From the NCBI GenBank assembly GCA_964016885.1, contig OZ024740.1, positions 136,400,001-136,464,000 of the forward strand: a DNA stretch of 64,000 nt, in the 5' to 3' direction. The stretch comes from Eledone cirrhosa. Lineage: Eukaryota. The position numbers and the translations under genes were made by a program. Under the pieces are notes generated by a model that was not told where the DNA came from, did no database searches, and saw only the letters and a list, made by a program, of their open reading frames with translations. Below, piece after piece: positions 53,001 through 64,000 of this stretch (positions are counted from its first letter, which is position 1; every line of letters begins with the position of its first letter).

Positions 53001-53590
53001 CTAGAATACCAAAACAACTCTTCTATGGAGAGTTGGTTAAAGGAAAACGACCGCCACATAAACCAAAAAAGAGGTATAAGGATTCCTTGAAGGCCTCTCT
53101 GAAAGACGCTAACATCTCTGCTGATACATGGGAAAATATTGCTGCTGATCGTAATAAATGGAGAAAGACTGTATATGAGGGAAAAGTTGCCTTTGAGGCA
53201 TCTCGAATCGCACACGAGAAAGTAAAGCGGGACGTGAGGAAGGGTATTGCTGTTGCACTTCCAGACGGCGAGGGTCCTCCTATGTTTCTGACATGCAGCG
53301 TCTGTGCGAGACTCTGCCTAAGCAAAGCTGGACTCGAAAGTCATCTTCGCAGTCATAAAGTAAGACCAGTGGTTGACTACCAGGCTGCTGTTGGAGATGC
53401 TACTCATCATGCTTGCCAAACATGTGGTAGAGAATGTAAATCAGCAGGAGGACTCAAGCGACATGCAAAAGTACACGAACTCCAACCACAGCCGACTATT
53501 CCCAGTAAATGTTTTGGTTGCCGACTCTGTGCAAGACATTTTAGATCATTGGCTGGGCTAAAAAGCCACATTCGATCGCAGCACTGTTAG
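50045..53590 (+). CDS. RTE LINE ORF: APE endonuclease + reverse transcriptase + three C2H2 zinc fingers, 1181 aa, uninterrupted
   Basis: WNVRTL, LSETRL, LGDFNARVG, LLDYV, TDHRLV; NYRGISLL, FVDLTKAFD, GVKQG, LLYADD; LRWSGHLARM, PKQLFYGEL; three C-x2-C-x12-H-x3/4-H fingers. Confidence 0.96.
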   Translation: MMFQNNVNEIIANLGSGTKEIIGNKGRGPKLSQPGPARHRAIVIEPNRAFSLGCWNVRTLLDGDSLERPERRTALVAKELRRYDLDIVALSETRLAGDGHLAEFCGEYTFFWKGRDEGTRREAGVGFAVKTVLVNKLEEFPVGISERLMSMRVPLDKGRYATLVSVYAPTMNSVDEEKLSFYHALKGVLRNIPQADKVIVLGDFNARVGRDFNTWNVIGRHGVGKCNSNGMLLLQMCEELDLCVTNTMFQQKNKFKTTWMHPASKEWHLLDYVLVRMRDRQDVQCVRVLRGAECWTDHRLVRAKVNLITKRKIRAPGVTLPKRLNAARLKDKNVKRTLEEEMQAADLGEDWPTLKKSVYDVGRRVLGLVQRKHQDWFNENDVHIEDLLADKRRALSRYLTAKPQERNTLHEELRDVKSRVRRSLSQMKDQWWSEKAGEIQTASDCNNTKLLYSLLREVYGPSSSLVTPIRSRDGKELLRDSQGILRRWREHFDDLLNQPSVVSEDFLNLIPESPVKVALAEPPTLVEVAVAISKLNSGRSPGMDGIHAELLQYGGERLLQHLHSLFGRIWANESVPEDWRDAVMVVLYKGKGNRNDCGNYRGISLLSVVGKVLCRVLLDRLLTHIADCVLPESQSGFRVGRGTTDMIFSARQLQEKCIEQGLDLYQVFVDLTKAFDTVNRDALWKILQKLGCPDKFLALVRSFHDDMRAWVNVGGNMSEPISVKNGVKQGDIPAPTLFAIYFAMVFCVAFRNCEHGVYIRYRTSGSIFNIRRFAAKTKVFTSVIRDLLYADDCDLVAHTESDMQHILNVFSDACTALGLTVSLKKTVVMYQPAPGRQYTEPNIYVYGKRLGVVDQFVYLGSTVNRYGNLDSEISLRIRKASDAFGKLERRLWGRRDICRRTKVRVYRACVLSCLLYACETWVTYRRHLRQLERFHQMCLRRIHGVRWRDHISDVEILESSMCDSIEALVLKQRLRWSGHLARMKDSRIPKQLFYGELVKGKRPPHKPKKRYKDSLKASLKDANISADTWENIAADRNKWRKTVYEGKVAFEASRIAHEKVKRDVRKGIAVALPDGEGPPMFLTCSVCARLCLSKAGLESHLRSHKVRPVVDYQAAVGDATHHACQTCGRECKSAGGLKRHAKVHELQPQPTIPSKCFGCRLCARHFRSLAGLKSHIRSQHC

Positions 53591-53597
53591 TTGCTAT

Positions 53598-53598
53598 C

Positions 53599-53636
<38 letters not shown>

Positions 53637-53715
53637 GCTTATGTGCGTGCGTGTGTGTGTATATATATATGAATATGTATATTATTGTTGTTGTTGTCGT
53701 TATTAATATTATTGC

Positions 53716-53761
<46 letters not shown>

Positions 53762-53879
53762 GTTATTAATGTATGTGTGTATATATGTGTGAGTGTATGT
53801 GTATGTATGTGTGTGTGTATATATGTATGTATGTGTATGTATGTGTGTGTATATATGTGTATGTATATATATATGTATA

Positions 53880-53912
<33 letters not shown>

Positions 53913-53947
53913 CTTTTCCCTTTTTTTTTTTTTTTTTTTTTTTTTTC

Positions 53948-54013
<66 letters not shown>
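53598..54013. repeat. Compound microsatellite (GT, TAT, TA, poly-T) within the RTE 3'UTR
   Basis: Lies between the stop codon and the conserved terminal GGCCATACTCG...GGCAGCCATC. Confidence 0.9.
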
Positions 54014-54015
<2 letters not shown>

Positions 54016-56319
54016 TGTGCAATGGCCATACTCGATAACGAGGGGGCAGCCATCATGTATGTATGTATGTATGTATGTATGTATGTATGTTAGGGTGGTG
54101 AATTGGCAGAATCGTTAGAACGTTGAATAAAAGTGTTTGTGATATTTGTCCCGGTCGTGGTCACCTTTGCCTTTCATCAATTCGAAGTCGATAAATAAAG
54201 TACCAGTCTAGTACTGGGTTGGATTCTTCACCTATATCTCTTTCTCATTTCCTCTCTCTCACTTTCTAACTTTCTCTGTACCCGGGTGTATTATTCCCTG
54301 GTTACGCGTTCCTTGGTACAGATACCATCATAGGATATATTTTCATCTATCCCTTAGGTATCTGTAGCAGTCCTCCTCGGATATCGGTGAAACAGTTAGG
54401 CCATTGATAAAAATGTTGCTAGATTAGCTTGTAGTTTTTCCCCGCTTTACAATGGTATATGAACATTTATCCTGTAAAGCCTGGTGTAGTCGAAGGGGCA
54501 CCGTTGCCACATACGATGTGTTTGGGCATTATAAATCTGGTGGAGCCCATCCCCTCTCCGGATCTAACACAACCGATTTCCTCTAAAGAGAGAAAGAGGT
54601 TGGTATAAAGAGAAAGACATTTCAATATAAATAATCGACTCCAAAGGACGACAGTCAAAGTTGACATCGACGGGGTTTGAACTAAGAGAGCCAAAACAAC
54701 ACGAAATACAAGAGGGTTACTGAGTATATTACCTCCTTTACAATTTGCAAGGCCTACAAGTGAAGAGATAGGTCCAGTCAGTACATCGCTCGGAGAATCA
54801 AGGCGGTGCCACCTAAATATCTAACACTAATCACATCGTAGCTCCTTTTAAATGGTGTAAAGAACACACCTCCCTCCAACAGGTCTATTTTTTTTGATAC
54901 TGAAAGCAACTTTGTACCGGCCATCTCGCACAAGTTTACGCATCTAATGGCAGTTTTTCTTTCTACGCTCAAGATCGTTTGTACGTTTATCTATTGGACA
55001 TGATCTATTGTTTATTTTTCTACTAAAGATGATCGATAGTATATTTTTCTTTTGACATGCTGGATTGAACGTTTTTTCCACTGGTCATCATCGATTGTAT
55101 CTTTTCCCACAGAAAATGATCGATTCTCCATTCTTTTGTTCGCCAACTTATGTACGAGCTTGTAATTCCTGGCGAAGCCCACAGCGTTCGTCTGTACACA
55201 ACTGATTTCTTCCAGCGAAAGTGAGAGGGACAGTCTGAAAGATGGAAAAAAGTTTGGCATCGGCGACAATTGAACTAAAATTCGCTAAACGCCAAGACAT
55301 TTCTGCTTTCTACCAACTATGCCAGTGTGGCGTCTAAATTTGTATATCGAATTCTACCTATATTTCTCAGATTAATAAAATTATAGAAGTTGTCTATTTT
55401 TGTATTTAAATACCAACCTCGTGTGAGGTTTGTAAAAATTGCGTCTAGCACCTTATAGGTGGCCCTTCATTTCTGTTAGTTTTAGGTGGGGGTTTTTTTC
55501 TATTGCACTTTATAAGACTTTTCCATGCTTTTGTCACATTCCTTAAATTTTACATTTAACATATATATAATGCTTTCATAAAGTAATGAAAAATCAGATT
55601 TAATTCGTATCCGAAATGTTTCAGTGTTGTCGTGCATTTGTATATATGTATGTATCTAACCCCTCGTGTATTGGTAGTGGTGTCATGACATACAGAATGT
55701 CGTGAGCATTTCATACATGGCGGAGTCATGGGGTAGGAAATGTATTTTGTGTGTAAATGTTAAACAGTTACAAAGGGAGTTATGTATTAATATAAACAAA
55801 CATAGATTGGGAGGGTTCGAAATCCATATATGATCGAGCAGGCTCTAAATGTTTTCAGCCAATATACTAAAAATAACAGTAAAATCTCCCCCTAATTATT
55901 AGTAGTGGTACAGTAAATGTTTCCGGCCGCTTCTCGCTGCACAACCCTCCGTGGGGACCTCTAGTTTCCTTGCTCCCTACACTTCTGATTTCCACGATAA
56001 ATTCAGAAGGACGGTGACCCACTTGAGGAAGGGGCCCGTAGGGTGGGGTAGCTGCTACAGCCGATGTCTCTAGTCATTCTCCGTGGTAATGCCTTTGTAA
56101 TTTTACCTACGGTGAGGCACCGCTCAGACTGGGGTGTAGTGTCTGCCTCTCCCTTTAGTTGCATTAAATGTTTTGATTCTGTATATCCACTACCATCAAT
56201 ATAACTACAACTAAATCTCATAGTTAGACAATAGCACTAACTGTAACGCCTAATACCTCAGAATTAAGAATTATGCAGTCTGTGTTGCCTATATATAATC
56301 TAATCTTTGATTCATTTTA

Positions 56320-56459
56320 CCACCTCCTTAGAGGCGTGAAAAAATTGCGAAGAGCACCTTACAGGTGCCCTCCGCGGGGTATTGGGAATAGTTTTCAACT
56401 AGCAATAACCACGCCTCGGATAAACCTCATTGGCCATGGTACCGCCTCTGCGCAAAGCT
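56320..56459 (-). ncRNA. U4: U4 spliceosomal snRNA
   Basis: Near-identical copy. Confidence 0.95.
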
Positions 56460-57323
56460 GTCGGTAACCCATCACACCTGTTTATTTAAGGTAATATGAA
56501 AAATATTCATTCACTGATTCGTCTTCGCAGTTTATAGTTTATAATTAATTCCTATCATTCATTTCCATTAATCTTAAAATTCAGCTACTTCTACTTTGTT
56601 ATGTTTAATAATTGTTTCTACTGTTGGCACAAGGCCAGCAAATATTCCAGTGTATTACTGGTACTTTATTTTATCGACCCCGTAAGGATGAAAGGCAAAG
56701 TTAACCTCGGAGGTATTTTGAACAGAGTCCGTAAAGGGGAGTAACTGTGCTGCAAAGCATGATTTGCAGCACAGTTACACCCCTTTACATACTGTGTTAC
56801 GTCCGACGCATTTGTTATGTTTAATAATTGTTTCTACTTTAGGCACAAGGCCAGCAAATACACAGTGCATTACTGGTACTTTATTTTATCGACCACGTAA
56901 GTATGAAAGGCAAAGTCAACCTCGGCGGGAAATAATAATCTCATAACAGAAATATACAGGCCCACATATTTTGTAAACAGAATAATAAATTAATTCGGTG
57001 TATCGTCTTTCTCAAGAATATTATTGACGTCACTACATAACTAATTTAATCCTTCGATGATAGGTTGTTTTTGTTGTCCCTTATGGCCCTTTATTTCTGT
57101 TAGTTTTAGCTGGTTTCCTTTTCCTATTGCATTTTATAAGACTTTTCCATTGTTTTTTAATGATTTTTGTGACAACCTGCCTTAAATTTTAAAGTTAATT
57201 CATATATATTTTAATACTATTTTCATAAAATAATGAAAAATCAGTCTTAAAAGATTTGCCATGTATTTGGAGTTAGGGGACCATACATACATAAATGTAT
57301 GTATGTATGTATGTATGTATTAT

Positions 57324-59781
57324 GTCAGGTCACCAGTTGGTGCTACTGGTAACATGTATCCCAGTACAACCTGTCTCATAGTCTCATGTTTATATATATA
57401 TATATATATGTGCATGTGTGAGGTATGTATGTATGTATGTATGTATGTATGTATGTATGTATGTATGTATGCATGTATGTATGTATGTATGTATGTATGT
57501 ATGTATGTATTTATGTATGTATGTATGTATGTATGTATGTATGCATGTGTCAGGTCACCAGTTGGTGCTACTGGTAACATGTATCCCAGTACAACCTGTC
57601 TCATGGTCGGGTCGTTGGCGACTAAACTGACAACCCCACCAAGGTTTCTTGGTGAGGAGGGTGACTTTGGACATCCTGCAGGACTAAAAACAAAACCTGT
57701 CAAAGGGCAAAGGAGCTCTTAAGAGTCAATAGCCATCCAAAATCACCGGGAGAGATGACCCCTTAGCCTTTGTCAAGGCAGAATTCTAGGAGAAGGAAAA
57801 CTCTGATATAACACCTGCAGCCCTCATGGTATCCAATGATGTTGACTTGTTCTTTTTGGTAAATATCATCTTGGTTAAGAGAGTGGGACTGGCTTTGTGC
57901 AGTGCCTTTGCTCACTATAAAAGCTTCATGGCACAGGCATTGCTTTATATCTGGAGATCTCTCTGAACTTGTCGTCACATGGTACCATGGGCCTAGCACT
58001 GTATCAATAATTGTCACAAGTGTAGTGTTAGTACCAGAGTTTTCAAGTCGCTGGCTGGACTAAAAAGTCACACTCGTTCAGCGTATCGGTAGGAGTTCTC
58101 CTACATGGATATAAAGTAGTGGCCGTACTCGAAAACGAGTTGGCAGCCACCACCATGTGTGTATATATGTATGCATGTGTATATGTGTGTATATATGTAT
58201 GTGTGTATATGTATATGTTAGGTCATCAGTTGGTGCTATATTGCCCGTACATGTATTCAAAGTATGTATACATTTTTTTGGTGACACCTGCATTCATTTT
58301 TACAATAAATCCTGTATGATAAGAGCTTATAAATTATTCAACTTAATTCTGTGTATGTTTAAGAAATGAACCCCATGACCCTTACAATATACAACAATAC
58401 AGGTACATTTACTGTTTTTCATGCTTTAATGAAGGACGGTGAATTGGCAGTATTGGTTGTACCTGTATGTATGTTTGTGTGTATGTTTGTATGTTTGTGT
58501 GTGTGTATGTATGTATGTATGTATGTATGTATGTATGTATGTATGTATGTATGTATGTCCGGGAGAGATGACCCCTTAGCCTTTGTCAAGGCAGAATTCT
58601 AGGAGAAGGAAAACTCTGATATAACACCTGCAACCCTGATGGTATCCAATGATGTTGACTTGTTCTTCTTTTTGGTAAATATCATCTTGGTTAAGAGAGT
58701 GGGACTGGCTTTGTGCAGTGCCTTTGCTCACTATAAAAGCTTCACGGCACAGGCATTGCTTTATATCTGGAGATCTCTCTGCACTTGTCGTCACATGGTA
58801 CCATGGGCCCAGCACTATGTGTCAGTAATTGTCACAAGTGTAGTGTTTGTACCAGAGTTTTCAAGTCGCTGGCTGGACTAAAAAGTCACACTCGTTCAGC
58901 GCATCGGTAGGGGTTCTCCTACATGGATATAAAGTAGTGGCCGTACTCGAAAACGAGTTGGCAGCCACCATGTATGTATGTATGTATGTATGTATGTATG
59001 TATGTATGTATGTATGTGTTTGTATGTGTGTTTATATATATATATATATGTGCATGTGTGAGGTATGTATGTATGTATGTATGTATGTATGTATGTATGC
59101 ATGTATGTATGTATGTATGTATGTATGTATGTATTTATGTATGTATGTATGTATGTATGTATGTATGTATGCATGTGTCAGGTCACCAGTTGGTGCTACT
59201 GGTAACATGTATCCCAGTACAATCTGTCTCATGGTCGGGTCGTTGGCGACTAAACTGACAACCCCACCAAGGTTTCTTGGTGAGGACGGTGACTTTGGAC
59301 ATCCTGCAGGACTAAAAACAAAACCTGTCAAAGGGCAAAGGACCTCTTAAGCGTCAATGGCCATCCAAAATCACCGGGAGAGATGACCCCTTAGCCTTTG
59401 TCAAGGCAGAATTCTAGGAGAAGGAAAACTCTGATACAACACCTGCAACCCTGATGGTATCCAATGATGTTGACTTGTTCTTCTTTTTGGTAAATATCAT
59501 CTTGGTTAAGAGAGTGGGACTGGCTTTGTGCAATGCCTTTGCTCACTATAAAAGCTTCACGGCACAGACATTGCTTTATAACTGGAGATCTCTCTGCACG
59601 TGTCACATGGTACCATGGGCCCAGCACTATGTGTCAATAATTGTCACAAGTGTAGTGTTTGTACCAGAGTTTTCAAGTCGCTGGCTGGACTAAAAATTCA
59701 CACTTGTTCAACGCATCAGTAGAGGTTCTCCTACATGGATATAAAGTAGTGGCCGTATTCGAAAACGAGTTGGCAGCCACC
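57324..59781 (+). mobile_element. Cluster of RTE-derived elements: 5' stub 57324-57382, full 57549-58154, 5'-truncated 58559-58969, full 59177-59781
   Basis: Each piece starts directly after (ATGT)n-type repeats. Confidence 0.85.
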
Positions 59782-62063
59782 ATGTATGTATGTATGTATG
59801 TATGTATGTATGTATGTATGTATGTATGTATGTATGTATGTTAGGGTGGTGAATTGGCAGAATCGTTAGAACGTTGAATAAAAGTGTTTGTGATATTTGT
59901 CCCGGTCGTGGTCACCTTTGCCTTTCATCAATTCGAAGTCGATAAATAAAGTACCAGTCTAGTACTGGGTTGGATTCTTCACCTATATCTCTTTCTCATT
60001 TCCTCTCGCTCACTTTCTAACTTTCTCTGTACCCGGGTGTATTATTCCCTGGTTACGCGTTCCTTGGTACAGATACCATCATAGGATATATTTTCATCTA
60101 TCCCTTAGGTATCTGTAGCAGTCCTCCTCGGATATCGGTGAAACAGTTAGGCCATTGATAAAAATGTTGCTAGATTAGCTTGTAGTTTTTCCCCGCTTTA
60201 CAATGGTATATGAACATTTATCCTGTAAAGCCTGGTGTAGTCGAAGGGGCACCGTTGCCACATACGATGTGTTTGGACATTATAAATCTGGTGGAGCCCA
60301 TCCCCTCTCCGGATCTAACACAACCGATTTCCTCTAAAGAGAGAAAGAGGTGGGTATAAAGAGAAAGACATTTCAATATAAATAATCGACTCCAAAGGAC
60401 GACAGTCAAAGTTGACATCGACGGGGTTTGAACTAAGAGAGCCGAAACAACACGAAATACAAGAGGGTTACTGAGTATATTACCTCCTTTACAATTTGCA
60501 AGGCCTACAAGTGAAGAGATAGGTCCAGTCAGTACATCGCTCGGAGAATCAAGGCGGTGCCACCTAAATATCTAACACTAATCACATCGTAGCTCCTTTT
60601 AAATGGTGTAAAGAACACACCTCCCTCCAACAGGTCTATTTTTTTTGATACTGAAAGCAACTTTGTACCGGCCATCTCGCACAAGTTTACGCATCTAATG
60701 GCAGTTTTTCTTTCTACGCTCAAGATCGTTTGTACGTTTATCTATTGGACATGATCTATTGTTTATTTTTCTACTAAAGATGATCGATAGTATATTTTTC
60801 TTTTGACATGCTGGATTGAACGTTTTTTCCACTGGTCATCATCGATTGTATCTTTTCCCACAGAAAATGATCGATTCTCCATTCTTTTGTTCGCCAACTT
60901 ATGTACGAGCTTGTAATTCCTGGCGAAGCCCACAGCGTTCGTCTGTACACAACTGATTTCTTCCAGCGAAAGTGAGAGGGACAGTCTGAAAGATGGAAAA
61001 AAGTTTGGCATCGGCGACAATTGAACTAAAATTCGCTAAACGCCAAGACATTTCTGCTTTCTACCAACTATGCCAGTGTGGCGTCTAAATTTGTATATCG
61101 AATTCTACCTATATTTCTCAGATTAATAAAATTATAGAAGTTGTCTATTTTTGTATTTAAATACCAACCTCGTGTGAGGTTTGTAAAAATTGCGTCTAGC
61201 ACCTTATAGGTGGCCCTTCATTTCTGTTAGTTTTAGCTGGGGTTTTTTTTCTATTGCACTTTATAAGACTTTTCCATGCTTTTGTCACATTCCTTAAATT
61301 TTACATTTAACATATATATAATGCTTTCATAAAGTAATGAAAAATCAGATTTAATTCGTATCCGAAATGTTTCAGTGTTGTCGTGCATTTGTATATATGT
61401 ATGTATCTAACCCCTCGTGTATTGGTAGTGGTGTCATGACATACAGAATGTCGTGAGCATTTCATACATGGCGGAGTCATGGGGTAGGAAATGTATTTTG
61501 TGTGTAAATGTTAAACAGTTACAAAGGGAGTTATGTATTAATATAAACAAACATAGATTGGGAGGGTTCGAAATCCATATATGATCGAGCAGGCTCTAAA
61601 GGTTTTCAGCCAATATACTAAAAATAACAGTAAAATCTCCCCCTAATTATTAGTAGTGGTACAGTAAATGATTCCGGCCGCTTCTCGCTGCACAACCCTC
61701 CGTGGGGACCTCTAGTTTCCTTGCTCCCTACACTTCTGATTTCCACGATAAATTCAGAAGGACGGTGACCCACTTGAGGAAGGGGCCCGTAGGGTGGGGT
61801 AGCTGCTACAGCCGATGTCTCTAGTCATTCTCCGTGGTAATGCCTTTGTAATTTTACCTACGGTGAGGCACCGCTCAGACTGGGGTGTAGTGTCTGCCTC
61901 TCCCTTTAGTTGCATTAAATGTTTTGATTCTGTATATCCACTACCATCAATATAACTACAACTAAATCTCATAGTTAGACAATAGCACTAACTGTAACGC
62001 CTAATACCTCAGAATTAAGCAGTCTGTGTTGCCTATGTACAATCTAATCTTTGATTCATTTTA

Positions 62064-62203
62064 CCACCTCCTTAGAGGCGTGAAAAAATTGCGAAGAGCA
62101 CCTTACAGGTGCCCTCCGCGGGGTATTGGGAATAGTTTTCAACTAGCAATAACCACGCCTCGGATAAACCTCATTGGCCATGGTACCGCCTCTGCGCAAA
62201 GCT
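62064..62203 (-). ncRNA. U4: U4 spliceosomal snRNA
   Basis: Near-identical copy. Confidence 0.95.
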
Positions 62204-63161
62204 GTCGGTAACTCATCACACCTGTTTATTTAAGGTAATATGAAAAATATTCATTCACTGATTCGTCTTCGCAGTTTATAGTTTATAATTAATTCCTATC
62301 ATTCATTTCCATTAATCTTAAAATTCAGCTACTTCTACTTTGTTATGTTTAATAATTGTTTCTACTGTTGGCACAAGGCCAGCAAATATTCCAGTGTATT
62401 ACTGGTACTTTATTTTATCGACCCCGTAAGGAAGAAAGGCAAAGTTAACCTCGGAGGTATTTTGAACAGAGTCCGTAAAGGGGAGTAACTGTGCTGCAAA
62501 GCATGATTTGCAGCACAGTTACACCCCTTTACATACTGTGTTACGTCCGACGTATTTGTTATGTTTAATAATTGTTTCTACTTTAGGCACAAGGCCAGCA
62601 AATACACAGTGCATTACTGGTACTTTATTTTATCGACCACGTAAGTATGAAAGGCAAAGTCAACCTCGGCGGGAAATAATTGTTTCTACTTTTGGCACAA
62701 GGCCAGTAATTACCCAGTGCATTACTGGTACTTTATTTTATCGACCCCGTAAGGATGAAAGGCAAAGTTAACCTAATCTCATAACAGAAATATACAGGCC
62801 CACATATTTTGTAAACAGAATAATAAATTAATTCGGTGTATCGTCTTTCTCAAGAATATTATTGACGTCACTACATAACTAATTTAATCCTTCGATGATA
62901 GGTTGTTTTTGTTGTCCCTTATGGCCCTTTATTTCTGTTAGTTTTAGCTGGTTTCCTTTTCCTATTGCATTTTATAAGACTTTTCCATTGTTTTTTAATG
63001 ATTTTTGTGACAACCTGCCTTAAATTTTAAAGTTAATTCATATATATTTTAATACTATTTTCATAAAATAATGAAAAATCAGTCTTAAAAGATTTGCCAT
63101 GTATTTGGAGTTAGGGGACCATACATACATAAATGTATGTATGTATGTATATATGTATTAT

Positions 63162-64000
63162 GTCAGGTCACCAGTTGGTGCTACTGGTAACATGTATCCC
63201 AGTACAACCTGTCTCATAGTCGGGTCGTTGGCGACTAAACTGGCAACCCCACCAAGGTTTCTTGGTGAGGAGGGTGACTTTGGACATCCTGCAGGACTAA
63301 AAACAAAACCTGTCAAAGGGCAAAGGACCTCTTAAGAGTCAATGGCCATCCAAAATCACCGGGAGAGATGACCCCTTAGCCTTTGTCAAGGCAGAATTCT
63401 AGGAGAAGGAAAACTCTGATATAACACCTGCAGCCCTCATGGTATCCAATGATGTTGACTTGTTCTTTTTGGTAAATATCATCTTGGTTAAGAGAGTGGG
63501 ACTGGCTTTGTGCAGTGCCTTGCTCACTATTAAAGCTTCACGGCACAGACATTGCTTTATATCTGGAGATCTCTCTGCACTTGTCACATGCTACCATGGG
63601 CCCAGCACTATGTGTCAATAATTGTCACAAGTGTAGTGTTTGTACCAGAGTTTTCAAGTCGCTGGCTGGACTAAAAAGTCACACTCGTTCAGCGCATCGG
63701 TAGGGGTTCTCCTACATGGATATAAAGTAGTGGCCGTACTCGAAAACGAGTTGGCAGCCACCATGTATGTATGTATGTAAGTATGTATGTATGTATGTAT
63801 GTATGTATGTATGTATGTATGTATGTATGTATGTATGTATGTATGTATGGTAACATGTATCCCAGTACAACCTGTCCCATGGTCGGGTCGTTGGCGACTA
63901 AACTGGCAACCCCACCAAGGTTTCGTGGTGAGGACGGTGACTTTGGACATCCTACCGGACTAAAAGCAAAGCCTGTCAAATGGCAAAGGACCTCTTAAGA
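63162..64000 (+). mobile_element. RTE-derived elements: full 63162-63762 and a slightly 5'-truncated copy from ~63848 to the edge
   Basis: The second copy begins at TGGTAACATG inside the first copy's (ATGT)n tail. Confidence 0.85.

Larger units (their letters stand above)
48435..54054 (+). mobile_element. RTE-clade LINE insertion, full ORF, (ATGT)n tail, with ~1.2 kb extra 5' sequence
   Basis: A 5.6-kb block absent from other units. It is bounded by (ATGT)n, and the unit resumes normally at TTAGGGTGGTGAATTGG. Confidence 0.9.
7374..64000. repeat. Tandem array of U4 snRNA-containing units (11 units, last incomplete)
   Basis: Anchor TAGGTATCT(G/C)TAG at 7374, 11043, 14695, 18451, 22204, 30179, 34778, 38547, 43590, 54355, 60106. 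Spacings are 3669, 3652, 3756, 3753, 7975, 4599, 3769, 5043, 10765, 5751, and the long ones are explained by insertions. Confidence 0.97.

Noticed and set aside
7486-63998. Recurrent short ORFs (MSTLTVV..., MSPMPNF..., MLPMYNL..., MYVC repeats)
   Set aside because: They recur only because the unit repeats. They overlap SINE relics, antisense U4 or microsatellites, and stops or frameshifts vary among units.
7374-64000. CRISPR array, rDNA or histone repeat as explanation of the periodicity
   Set aside because: No short repeat/unique spacer pattern, no rRNA motifs and no histone ORFs.

Overview
Eukaryotic, AT- and microsatellite-rich repetitive DNA with no host protein-coding gene. The tRNA-SINE fragments resemble those I recall from octopus genomes, so cephalopod origin is an inference. 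Positions 1-7373 hold two damaged Tx1-group (L1 clade) LINEs on the minus strand. From about 7374 to the window end is a tandem array of 11 units with a basic period of about 3.65-3.77 kb. Each unit carries one minus-strand U4 snRNA gene, old tRNA-SINE fragments, and one or more copies of a ~605-bp element in (ATGT)n. Ten of the 11 units also carry a divergent U4 3'-half fragment. The ~605-bp element is a non-autonomous, bipartite derivative of an RTE LINE: an extra structured head, then RTE 5'UTR, last zinc finger and 3' end. Its (ATGT)n tail hosts an R4/Dong-like RLE LINE (25650-29855), an intact RTE LINE with three C2H2 fingers (~48435-54054) and further, partly 5'-truncated, copies of itself. 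A solo LTR with a 4-bp TSD interrupts unit 6. Most short ORFs in the track are repeat artefacts. All alignments were done by eye.
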